Assembly: GCA_964036045.1 (NCBI GenBank)
Contig: OZ038378.1
Location: 187,922,001 to 187,986,000 of the forward strand
Direction of reading: 5' to 3'
Source of the DNA: Eutreptiella sp. 'Long Island Sound 2002'
Lineage: Eukaryota > Protista > Euglenida
DNA: 64,000 nucleotides
The translations under genes and the position numbers were made by a program. How positions within the stretch are numbered: position 1 is the first letter of the stretch; each line of letters starts with the position of its first letter. A model generated the notes under the pieces. It had not been told where the DNA came from, ran no database searches, and saw only the letters and a list, made by a program, of their open reading frames with translations. Of the stretch, positions 24,415 through 34,498 are shown piece by piece.

Positions 24415-25972
24415 GTGTGTGGCGCGCGTCATACACCCTCCGTCATGCAGTGGGTTGTGGAGAACGCCACGCACCGGGGGGTATTGCGGTGACCAAATGT
24501 ACGTGATTTCCCATCCCTGTGTGCCCCCTCCCTTACTGCATGCACGTCTTCCGGGGGGGGGGGGGGGGCGTTGCTACGGGGAAACACGCCACAAGGGGGT
24601 TTGCAAGCCCCCCCCCCCCTTTGTCGTTGGCTTTTGTTTTTATGCTAAACTAGGGTTTCCACGTTATTGTGGGTATCAAAGAACCCGCCCGCTTTTTGGC
24701 GGCGGATATCACCGGTCCGGTAGACACCACCTTGGAATGCACCATCACAGAGCTGATGCAGACAAACAAAGGTCTGAAAAGTGTTTTTGCGTTGTAAAGA
24801 TCGTCAGTAACCTACAATAGGCGTAGGCATCGTATTGATTTCGTATTGATTCCGTACTTTTGCGTCGCTTCGACAGGGGGGGACATGGGCTGTTGGCACC
24901 AGCCAAAAGTGGTCATAGCCAATGATGATTTTGCCATTGCATGCCGAACGCGTGAAACAAGTTCGTCCCTGACTGCAGCTGAACACACGCACGATGCTGC
25001 CCGCCTTTTGCTTCCCTGCGAATCCCGCGTGTGGGAGGTATGCACATGAATGAATCCCACCAAAACAGAAAGACAATGCATCCAAAGGAATGTGGATGCA
25101 AACCGACCAAAACACTGCCCGGGGTGGGGCTCAGGGCACTCACCTTGTGACTTGGTGTCTAGGGTCTGTCTTTGCTGGGCACCATCCTGCCCGTTTCCTC
25201 CTCGCATCTTTCTCCACTCCTCAACCGCGCTGACGCTTCTGCCTGCCTCTGCCTTGCCTTTGTTCTTTCTCTCGCCCCCCCCCCCCCCCGCCGCCACCTG
25301 ACGCCCCATCCTGTTCTCCCCATTTGGAACGAAAGAAGATTGTTCCAATTGGGGACAAAGATGAGCGAGGCCCAGGGAACAGGCACGGTCACACCAAGGA
25401 ATGGGAGGATGACAGCAGCAGGCCCAATGCCAACAGAGCACAGGAGATCGGGTTTTCAACTGGGTGCGGGGGGGAGGGGGGGGTCAATAGAGCTCCCCAA
25501 AAGTAGGAGAGGGGGTGCGGGAAAGGGGCTCAATTGATAAGACCATTAGTCAGCTATTATGAACTATGAACTCTGGCACCAAAGCCACCGAAAAATTTCC
25601 TGAGCACTGAAAATGGTCACGTATTTTCCCACCAGAAATATGGCAAATGATGACTTTTCTGAACCCCCTCGACGCGCTGATCCCAAAAATCCCATTGTTG
25701 TTTTTGCCGAATTTTGGGTCCGGGTCACCTCCGGGGCCCGGGGGGTCAGTCTCGGTAAGATTTGGGGGGGGGGGGGGTCTAGCCAGACGGCTGTATCGAC
25801 CCATGCCCAGTTGAAAGCCCGCCCACCCTTGCAGAGGGAAGGACCCAGGGCATACATCGAATCTTGGCTGAAAGTTCGCACTGACTTTCCCTTTTGCCCT
25901 TGTGGACCCTTCCCCCCCGTCCCATACACACACGCTCTGTATTGTACCCCTGCCTTGCATGTGTGTGTGCAG

Positions 25973-26134
25973 GTGTCTGGCATGATGACCAGTGCAAAGG
26001 GGATGCTGCGAGACATGTTCGCCCTTGTAGCCATCTACGGTTTCGTCCCCAACGGCAACCGTGTTTACTATCTGAACCGAAGCCAACCTCCGCTGCTGGC
26101 AGACGCCGTGTGGCGATACTTTACTGAGACACAG
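25973..26134 (+). CDS. TREH: Trehalase exon 2
   Basis: AG at 25971-72, GT at 26135; VSGMMTSAKGMLRDMFALVAIYGFVPNGNRVYYLNRSQPPLL...RYFTETQ; phase-0 joins on both sides. Confidence 0.95.
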
Positions 26135-26678
26135 GTGTGCACGCAAACCACCCCACTATCCCCATATCCAGAACCCCAACCCCAACCCTCAGCCCTGCGG
26201 CACATTCGCCCTGACAAATTGTACCATGAAACGTGCACGCGCATACACACACTCCACTGGTAACACCACCACCACTTGTGCAACATTTTATGGTTGCGGA
26301 GGCAGACCGAAGAAAGGGAATGTCGCCCCCAGCACACAGCAACTAGGAACACCACGGCATCTGCATGGAGCAGGTGTTTTGCATTCCTTGGCATGCCACT
26401 GCATTGGCGGACATATGTGGCACATTTCCTTGGCATGCCACTGCTTGGCGGACATATGTGGGGGCTGGAATGTTTTGGTTGGGTTGGGGGTGTGCCTGGC
26501 ACCAGTATTAACGCCATGTGGAGCACTCCCGGTCACCTCGAGTGACAAGCGGACCTCCTGCATTGTACTTGGTGCTGCGGGCAAGGGATAGCCACAAGAA
26601 GGGGGTCCAATTTTGGGTGGCGGTCTGGCTTTGTGCCACTCCGTGACACATGGAGAGTGACATTTGGCTTTTTTAAGC

Positions 26679-26760
26679 GTGACAGTGACAGTGACAGTGA
26701 CAGTGACAGTGACAGTGACAGTGACAGTGACAGTGACAGTGACAGTGACAGTGACAGTGA
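26679..26760. repeat. (GTGACA)13 microsatellite
   Basis: Directly visible. Confidence 0.95.
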
Positions 26761-27130
26761 GTTGTGCAGGGTCATGCGCAAGAGCAGCGTGCTTGCTGCA
26801 CAGGTGGAAGTAATTATGCAGCAGCAACGGCAGGAGGCAGCAAGTTGGAGGGTCAATGCTGCACAGAAGTGGGCGGAACCTACCCCGAGGCTCATTGAAG
26901 TGGTGCTGCACAATGTGCCCCAGGCTGTTGCTTTTCGGGCAGAAAATCAAGGAACTGAAACACGCAAGTAAGAAAAGCAGCAACAGGGATAAAGGGGCTG
27001 ACAGAGAGAACCAGAAAACGTGGAAAAAACAGTTGCAACGGTTCTAGTCATCGAAGGCAGAGCTGTGCAGCGTGTCTTTTCATTTGTGGGGTGCCTCTTT
27101 GCAGGACGTATTGGGCGTTTTAAAGTGCCT
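26760..27130 (+). pseudogene. Possible hAT-type transposase C-terminal remnant
   Basis: TVATVLVIEGRAVQRVFSFVGCLFAGRIGRF loosely resembles the hAT dimerisation motif (L.ip.sSa..ERvFS..g....R.rL); frames are broken. Confidence 0.3.
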
Positions 27131-27539
27131 CTCTTTGGAGGGATAGGAACACCCTGCCTGTGCCAGCCACATAGCGGACACTCTGGCTGAAGCCAAGACC
27201 GAGTTGCAAGAGCCGGGGGACAAATAACATGGGCCATATGAGCGCCTATTGCGTGAATGCTAAGCAGCTAAGGAAGGCTACACCCTTGCGGCGCCTGTGG
27301 CGCCTGCGGTGCGCCCTCCGGTGCGCGTTAGGAATAATCCCATCAGCAAACAAGACACGCAATTCATTGTTATTGGATTCACTATTTTTTGACACTCCAC
27401 CCCTTTGCACTGTGTAACATGTCCTTGGTGACTCTTTTTTCTTTTTTGACCCCCCCCCCCCCTGCCGCTAACCCGTGTGTGTTGGGGGTTGGGGTTGGGG
27501 TGATGGGGAATGCCGGGCTATGTAGCCGTTCCGCCCACG

Positions 27540-28246
27540 GGGGGCGCCTTAAGCGCAGTGCGCGCGCAGTGCAACTATTTGGGTGTTTGGCCACAGTAGA
27601 AACCCATACTTTGTGGTACTTTGGGCATCATTGTTCTTTGATAGTAGGTTTTGATGCATTTGGGATCTGGCATTTTTGGATGTTCACCCTGTTTCACCCA
27701 TTTCTACTTTTTTGCATAAAAATTTTTCCCATTTCCACCACATCTACTCTTTTTCTCGGTTGATTGATATGGTGATACATTTTCAGGGTGCCTGCTACGG
27801 GACATCATACTTCCCTCCTCATTTCTCAGGCCCACTTTCTCTATGGATCTCAGTATTGGGGATGGGGTGTTCTACACCCGCTCCAATGGCCTGCAACCTC
27901 CTACCACGGTGGTTGGAACGGCTGAAGACGGACTCCTCCACTTGGAATACTACCAAGATGGGTTGAGAGTGGTGAACCGGCGATGCAAGATGGAGTCCAT
28001 CTCCTTTGCCATCCCAAGTTCAAACTCGCCACCTGACTACCCTCCATCTCCGCCGCCCAACACACAGCCAAGTTCCCCCCCAAAGGCCCTTGGTCCTTCA
28101 CCACTGCCACAAGAACCGGGAAGGTCCCCGTCTAGTTTGGGTCGCCTAATTCTAAGGGTGTTTCCAAGGGGCGTGCCTAGGGGCTCTTCGGGTGGAACAT
28201 AGTCTAAAAGTAGCGCGCAGTGCGCGCGTAGTGCAAGGATTCCCCC
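27540..28246. mobile_element. Non-autonomous DNA transposon, subfamily 2, copy E4
   Basis: Ends GGGGGCGCCTT...AAGGATTCCCCC; perfect TSD ACG (27537-39/28247-49); ends match E2 but the middle differs. Confidence 0.85.
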
Positions 28247-29435
28247 ACGGTCTACAGGTACCAAGTTCCTTCCTCTACATTTTGGCGCATTTCAAGGGGT
28301 TAGTAAAATAGTTTAGCCCATGTGGAGAAAGTGGGGGTTCCCCTTTGCTTTCCCGTCATCAAACGTCCATGCTTTGAGCACCAGATTCACAATACGAGGC
28401 ACTATACAAATGTCATTGGTTGCTCAGTGAAGCTCCTGCATTCAGAGCTCTTCCCCGGCTCAAGGGCGGTCCTTGTGCTGTTCACTCAGTGGGTTTTGTA
28501 CAGGTAGATACTCTAAATGGTCATGGAGTGGTGTTTTTTCCTTCTTGTTGCAAGTTTCGCCGATTCTATGGTTTAAGAGGATTATTCTTGCCCTGCGGTG
28601 CCCGCGGCGTGCCTGCAGCGCCCAGGTGTAGCCCTCAAGGGATAGGGTTCCATTTCTCTTAGGCGGCCCTTTACGCGCGTAGACTTCGTTGCTAAAAGGC
28701 ACGATTCATGGCGATTTCAACATCCGTTTTTTGCACCCAAAAAAAGCATATCATTTTTTCGGCCAAACCCACGTGTATTTTCATCGTGGGATACAACAAC
28801 CTCGCCTTTTGTTGCTTCCAGAGGTGTACGTATACACCCCCTATTTCGGGTTGAAAATTGTATCATTTAAAATTTTTGGGCACTGCAGTGCCCAAAAATT
28901 TGAAATGGCTTCTTTCAGTGGGTTCTTCAGTACACCTCTGTAGTCATCTCCACAGGTGATGTCATACTGCAGCAGCAGGCATCAAAACTTGGCATACCCG
29001 TTATCCATGGGTCATCGCACCGCGGTGTTATACTCGGAAGGCCACGTACAATGTACCTTGCCCAATGACTTCCATTCCTGTCCAAATGTGCACTTGAAAA
29101 TGGACTTCCAGTACTTTTGGGCACTGCAGTGTCCAAAAAATTTAAAACGCCGTATTTCACTCCTATTGGTTCCCATTGCGTAACACCTGACAAAGGACGT
29201 ATGAATCATCGGACGTTGGTACTCATCCTCTGCTCATTGGAAATATACTGCCGGTTGTCTGACTGCCACCTTGGAGTGTACCCAGGCTTTGGAACGTTCC
29301 ACGTCCATTGGGGGATACATTGTTTGGATCTTCGCTAGCTGCTTTTGGTCTATGCCGCATCAGGTTTGTTTTGTGATAGTGTCTCTGTTTTCTTTGTCCC
29401 CTTACCTTTGCTGCCTGCGAACAGGACTTTTGTCC

Positions 29436-31526
29436 ATGGATGCGGCTCCCTTCCGGCAGTTCCTTAGTTCGAAGGTATATGCTTCAAAGGAGGATCTATC
29501 TGAGGCTGTGGGTGTGGATAAGGGTGCCGATGCGTTTTGTACGTGGGTGTTAGATCTCCGGTTGGAGTGGAGAAGTAGGCGGTCCGTTGGTGAATACATC
29601 CAACAAAGGGACAGGCGGACCGTTAATTGTCTGCCGGACCAATGGTTCCGTGTTGCTGAGCAAGAGATTTTTAATATATGGTCTGTTCTACACAAGAGGT
29701 GTCGTCCACGTGCCAAGAGGGCTGTAGGTGTTCAACCCAAGAGTCGTGTGCAACGTAGGTGTTTGGCTCACATGGGTCAATGTTCTTACCATGTACCCTC
29801 CTTTGCTGTTCAAGGAGCAACTGCGTGCACCAGTCTTTGGCAGACCTTGGAAGGTAAACCTGCTATTCTATGGTTTGATAATTTTCATAGACGTAACTTC
29901 CGGCCTGTGCCTGGTAATGAGAACCGGTCCCTTAATTGTACAGCCGGTGCTATCATACTCTTGAAACGACCTGTTGACGTTATGCCGTCTTTTCCTAGCC
30001 TCTCGGTCTTGCGGCAGAGGATTGGGTACACTGCAGACTTGTTGGTGCAGAGCCATAAAAACTTCATTGATGGCTTGCAAGGGTTGATGGACGACCCCAT
30101 CCGCCTTCAACATGTCCGTTGTCCCTTGGACATACGACGGGCTAATGTTACCAGCCCAGCTTGGACCCCCTTTTTTCTCACAGACCTAACTGTGTCCGCT
30201 ACCCCCGACCTTGTCTCTATTATTCACGGGCTCCAGGAGGTGCAGCAGCACACACAGCACCGTCTTCCATTGTTGGTCGACGAAAATATTCACTACCGTG
30301 TCCTTAAGCTCGTTTACAGCATCAGCTATGCTCGGTACAACATGCCCCTGTTCATTACACGTACCCCGGTAGTGTATGGCACATGGCACCCATATAAATA
30401 TTGTGTAACCCTGTGCTACAGAAGATTCTTCCCTTTATTTACCTATTTTCCCTATGGTTCACTCAATTTGGGCACTGCAGTGCCCAACTTTCCGAAACTC
30501 ATCTATATGGAGCGTATGATTCTGGTGCTCTTGCACTTGGCCCATAAGTGGCGCCAACCTTTGGAACAGAAGTTACAGACTCTAAGGGGTTTGCACCGAC
30601 CGGGTAACGCTAATCACAGCACACTTCTTACACAGGTGCAAGGGTTGGTAACGCTGCTGCATGGTTACATTCCAGCCTTGTTTATTATTGGGTCGCAAGT
30701 GAGGGATTGTCATTGGTCTGCACAGGGAGAGCAGCACGCTGCAGGGCCATTGCTGAGCCGTTGCCTACACGTCCTTCTGAGGCTCACACTAGGTTATGAG
30801 GACAAGGTTGAATATGTGCGCACCATTGTTGTTGCTAGGCTGTTGTGGTCCCAGTGGTTTGCCCGCTTACCTGGGGTGGCACACAGTGAGGAACCGTGTG
30901 AGGCCCTGTTAAGCCGTGTTGTGCACTTAATGGCACAACACCCTGGGAACTGTACGTTGCAACAGGTGCATGACCTGTTTATACTCACTCCCGTTGCAGA
31001 CCAGACCCCAAAGGACCGGCAGTACGTTAATGTTCCCAAGGGACTGCCACAACTGGTTGATCGTCGTTTCACCAGATTGATGGCGCGATTTGATGTTGGT
31101 GTTATACCCCCCCTGGTCTGGTCCGGTCAGAAGTCGAGTATCGTGCAAGACAGGTGGGATCCTGCCAAGATGGATTTTCCTTGCACACTAGATACGGTGC
31201 TCACTGCAGAGCATTACCGAGATCTATGTGCCAAGACATTGCAGACACTTGTTAAACCTGTTAAAGTTGATGCTGACGTGATGACAGAGCTGGGTAGACA
31301 CGTGCCACAACGTCCTCCAGGTGATATGGACACAACAGTAGCACAGGCACAGGACATGTTACGCGCATGTAATACACCAGACCGGTACAAGCAACGCCGG
31401 CCAGCACGCGCTTTTGCGCGAAGGGACCCCGCCCGGATACCCGCCCCCCCCAATGCTGATGGCGGCAGTGACAGTGATGAGGACCCCCCCCCCCCGCCGG
31501 TGGGGCAGCCGGAGATCCAGACCTGA
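29436..31526 (+). CDS. Putative DDE transposase (Academ/DUF6589-like motif pattern), about 696 aa from this ATG; start uncertain
   Basis: Open frame from 29271; ILWFDNF (D), PLLVDENIHYR (D), YGTWHPYK (GxxH) and SEEPCEALLSR (E); located inside TIRs. Family assignment is by eye. Confidence 0.7.
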   Translation: MDAAPFRQFLSSKVYASKEDLSEAVGVDKGADAFCTWVLDLRLEWRSRRSVGEYIQQRDRRTVNCLPDQWFRVAEQEIFNIWSVLHKRCRPRAKRAVGVQPKSRVQRRCLAHMGQCSYHVPSFAVQGATACTSLWQTLEGKPAILWFDNFHRRNFRPVPGNENRSLNCTAGAIILLKRPVDVMPSFPSLSVLRQRIGYTADLLVQSHKNFIDGLQGLMDDPIRLQHVRCPLDIRRANVTSPAWTPFFLTDLTVSATPDLVSIIHGLQEVQQHTQHRLPLLVDENIHYRVLKLVYSISYARYNMPLFITRTPVVYGTWHPYKYCVTLCYRRFFPLFTYFPYGSLNLGTAVPNFPKLIYMERMILVLLHLAHKWRQPLEQKLQTLRGLHRPGNANHSTLLTQVQGLVTLLHGYIPALFIIGSQVRDCHWSAQGEQHAAGPLLSRCLHVLLRLTLGYEDKVEYVRTIVVARLLWSQWFARLPGVAHSEEPCEALLSRVVHLMAQHPGNCTLQQVHDLFILTPVADQTPKDRQYVNVPKGLPQLVDRRFTRLMARFDVGVIPPLVWSGQKSSIVQDRWDPAKMDFPCTLDTVLTAEHYRDLCAKTLQTLVKPVKVDADVMTELGRHVPQRPPGDMDTTVAQAQDMLRACNTPDRYKQRRPARAFARRDPARIPAPPNADGGSDSDEDPPPPPVGQPEIQT

Positions 31527-31822
31527 GGGCTGCTGATTTTGTGGGTGATGATGGATGGGACCCGGACCCCCCCCCTCCAGAAGCAGTGTCTGTTCACAGT
31601 GATGATTCCGATGCCCCCTTGGCTGTCCTTTCGGAGCTGAATGAGTTTGACCCTCGATTTTTACCAGGTGCATCCGACTGTGATGCTATTTCTGCCATCT
31701 GTGTTCAATCGTCGAGCGCTGCCAGTAGTCATCAACATTAGAAGCCTGTAAATCAACAATTTGCAGCCCTGTGGCCTTTTGTAGTGTGCCGTGTGACCCT
31801 TTGTTAGCCCCTTTGCTAAGCT

Positions 31823-32147
31823 ATGCCTTCGGATACCGAACTGCCGGAAGGGGATGAGCAGCAGACCGCATCGCAAGCCGTTCACACAGCAGAGAAGACA
31901 CGGGCGCAGTCGGGGCAGGCTCCAGTGAAGCGGACGGGGACAGACCGGGCAACGGAAACATTCCGGACAACGTGGATCAAAAAGGAACTGGTCAAGATAC
32001 AACTGACCAAGATAAAGTTTGACACCGACCTCACGCGTGGGCAGACCAGAGAGAGGGACGAGGACTCAGTACTATCGCGGATCGCAAGCCTGAGGACAAA
32101 TCCACCCTGCCGGCCTATCTCAAACATTCTCATATGGCGAATCGAAG
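31823..32147 (+). CDS. Transposon gene 2, exon 1 (start of ParB/Srx-like domain)
   Basis: ATG at 31823 after a pyrimidine tract and AG (31819-20); donor GT at 32148. The five exons total 2,232 nt = 743 aa + stop with no internal stop. Confidence 0.75.
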
Positions 32148-32271
32148 GTACACTACCATCATGTCACACACGCGTCGTAATTTTCACACATTCTGGTCGT
32201 TTGGGCACTGCAGTGCCCATCTCGCTGATATCTCCCATCTCCCATCTCCCTGTGGAGCATTTTTCTATCAG

Positions 32272-32588
32272 CTGAAATTCCCTACTGCTTGGGCGGGGCT
32301 CATATCCTGACGGCACTCCAAAGACTTCACCGAGAATACTGTGCGAACTCACGGGCACTGCCGGACTGGTTACAACACGTCTACTGCGAGGAGATCAGAC
32401 ACGACTGTCCTGTTGACATCAGAGAGATTATTGGAGGCGATCACAATGCGGTACAACACTCAGTGAGCAAGCTGAGTATGGGACAAGTGGCCGCTCGAAT
32501 TTGGACTGAAGTGCAGAAGGGCAAAGCGAAAGAGATGCTGCTGGTGGCTCTGCGGAAGTGTGGCCGGCTGGGTGAGAAAACATCTGTG
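32272..32588 (+). CDS. Transposon gene 2, exon 2
   Basis: Acceptor TTTTCTATCAG at 32271; join WRIE-A-EIPYCLGGAHILTALQRL; donor GTATGA at 32589. Confidence 0.75.
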
Positions 32589-32712
32589 GTATGAGAGATG
32601 CACGATGAGACCACCGTTGTCAGTCCTTTGCGTACCTGTGGCCTGTCCAACACTGTATCCCTGCCAGGATGCAATCTGGAAGAATTGGAGACCGCTAGTT
32701 TCATTACTGCAG

Positions 32713-32770
32713 ATATCTGGTGGCCGCGTGGCTGAGTTTATTGACACCTTTGAGAAGACTGCCGGTGAAG
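32713..32770 (+). CDS. Transposon gene 2, exon 3
   Basis: TTACTGCAG acceptor; ISGGRVAEFIDTFEKTAGE; donor GTATTA at 32771. Confidence 0.65.
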
Positions 32771-32866
32771 GTATTATGTCCTCTGAGTACCTGTTTTTGT
32801 CGTCTTTTGGTGTTCATGGGAACTGCAGTGCCCAAATTCGATGCGACCCTAATTTTTGCACTGCAG

Positions 32867-33525
32867 TGCTCAACCCCTACACTCTGCGGCCGTTGACGGG
32901 ACTGCATGGCGACCAGATGGATGAAATACTGCTGTACATGGCTGGAGATGGGGCCAAGATCGCAGGACTACATGCCAAGGCCAGACTGTTGAAGCGGGAC
33001 CGCCTGTGGGAGATGCTGTACCTTCACCCGGACAACACGCTCATCCATCCTTCTCGACGTATGTTTATGGGGCGGCAGGGTTTGGCGCGATCGCTGTTGA
33101 CCCCCCCCCCCCCCCGGACCCACGACGTAAGGCTGTTTCGATCCCAGTGGTACCAGTGGTCTCCTGTTCTAACAGTGAACGTGCATGAAATGCAAAGAGT
33201 CCGCAAACTGCTTGCAAAGTCGCCGAGGGCCGCCAAATTGTCACTGGGGAAATGGACCTGGAGTGCCGAAAATCCCTTACCAAGCTGGGACACCATCCAG
33301 AAAGCACCGCTGTGGCAGGATGAGGAATGGGCTGACCTGAGGATTGCGCTGGCGAGGCCTGTCAAGGAAACTGCAGTGACGGCGACTGATGGGGAGAAAT
33401 CAACAACTATTTGGCTCAACAAGCCGCAGGATGGGACTGAAGCAACCGGAGCTCGGGCAGAGGCAATTGCGTTGGTTCCTGGCAAGGCTATCCCGTATAC
33501 GATTGCATTGAGGGAGTACAAAGCG
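32867..33525 (+). CDS. Transposon gene 2, exon 4
   Basis: TTTTTGCACTGCAG acceptor; VLNPYTLRP...LREYKA; donor GTATGC at 33526. Confidence 0.7.
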
Positions 33526-33625
33526 GTATGCAACCATTAGGCATAAAAATGGGATCGATTTCGCATTGCTGGTCACTTTAGGCACTGCAGTGCCCATCTG
33601 TAATGAAATGTGCTTTTGACAACAG

Positions 33626-34498
33626 GTCTTCATTGAGTGTACGAAGGAACAAATGGACGATATCCATCCGCTGGTGCTGAAGGTTGCTGGGAAGTTGGTA
33701 CCTGTGGCTATTGGTGGAATGGCGGCCGACGTTAAGTTCCTGGTTAATCGGTTGCGCGACTCTGAGGAGTGTGGAGGCTGGCAGTATATTATGACCTCTT
33801 TTTTTGATCAGGCAGTCGGTCACCCGACCTATCGGTTCGAGGAGAGGACTATTTGCTTCTGTGTCCCAGACAAGTTTAGGGTGAAGGTCCCGAATATTTT
33901 CATTTGCGATCAGGGTGCATACGGCAGCACCATTGGTCTGGCAGCGGCTGGTTGGCTCCTGCGTGTGCTTGGTATTGTTCCCCGACGCGACAGACAGTCC
34001 GAGGATGAAGTGTGGCTCCTGCTTTTGACAGCATCGGCTGTATTGCCAGCACAGCTCCTGTCCTGCCTTCCTGAGTCCCCCTGTCTGGCAGCTTGTTTCA
34101 CCGGGCGCCAGGGTTTGTTTAACGAGTTCTGTGAACAGCTAGCGGCGTATGTGCAGGAGATGGACTGTGTCTACTTGGTTAACTGGGACGCTTGGATGCC
34201 AAGGATTAGGGACTGTATGCCAGTTGTGGTGCAGCGGCCTGGGGAAGGGGAAGATGAGGAGGGGGGGGACGATGTGGAGGAAGAGGAGGATGACGAGATC
34301 GTGCTGGTCGGAGGTGGTGACAGCAAGAAGAGGAGCACCCCCAGCAAGAAGAAGCCGTCCTCCGACGACAGTGGGGATGAGGTTGATGATCCCCCCAAAA
34401 GGCCAGCCAAAAAGGCCAAGGACAGTACCCCCCTCAATATGTTTCACGCCAAAGTAGGTCAGGCCAAGGGTAAGAAGGCTCCACCAAAGAAGAAGTAG
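33626..34498 (+). CDS. Transposon gene 2, exon 5 (unknown domain, acidic tract, Lys-rich NLS-like tail)
   Basis: TTTTGACAACAG acceptor; VFIECTKEQMDDIHPL in frame with the 33653 ORF; ends KKAPPKKK*. Confidence 0.75.
   Translation, partial: VFIECTKEQMDDIHPLVLKVAGKLVPVAIGGMAADVKFLVNRLRDSEECGGWQYIMTSFFDQAVGHPTYRFEERTICFCVPDKFRVKVPNIFICDQGAYGSTIGLAAAGWLLRVLGIVPRRDRQSEDEVWLLLLTASAVLPAQLLSCLPESPCLAACFTGRQGLFNEFCEQLAAYVQEMDCVYLVNWDAWMPRIRDCMPVVVQRPGEGEDEEGGDDVEEEEDDEIVLVGGGDSKKRSTPSKKKPSSDDSGDEVDDPPKRPAKKAKDSTPLNMFHAKVGQAKGKKAPPKKK

Noticed and set aside
25050-25392. FVPNGENRMG in a minus-strand ORF resembling the trehalase FVPNG motif
   Set aside because: Opposite strand, inside intron 1, and no further similarity; the true motif is in exon 2.
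26633-26971. Asp-Ser repeat protein ORF
   Set aside because: Produced by the (GTGACA)13 microsatellite.
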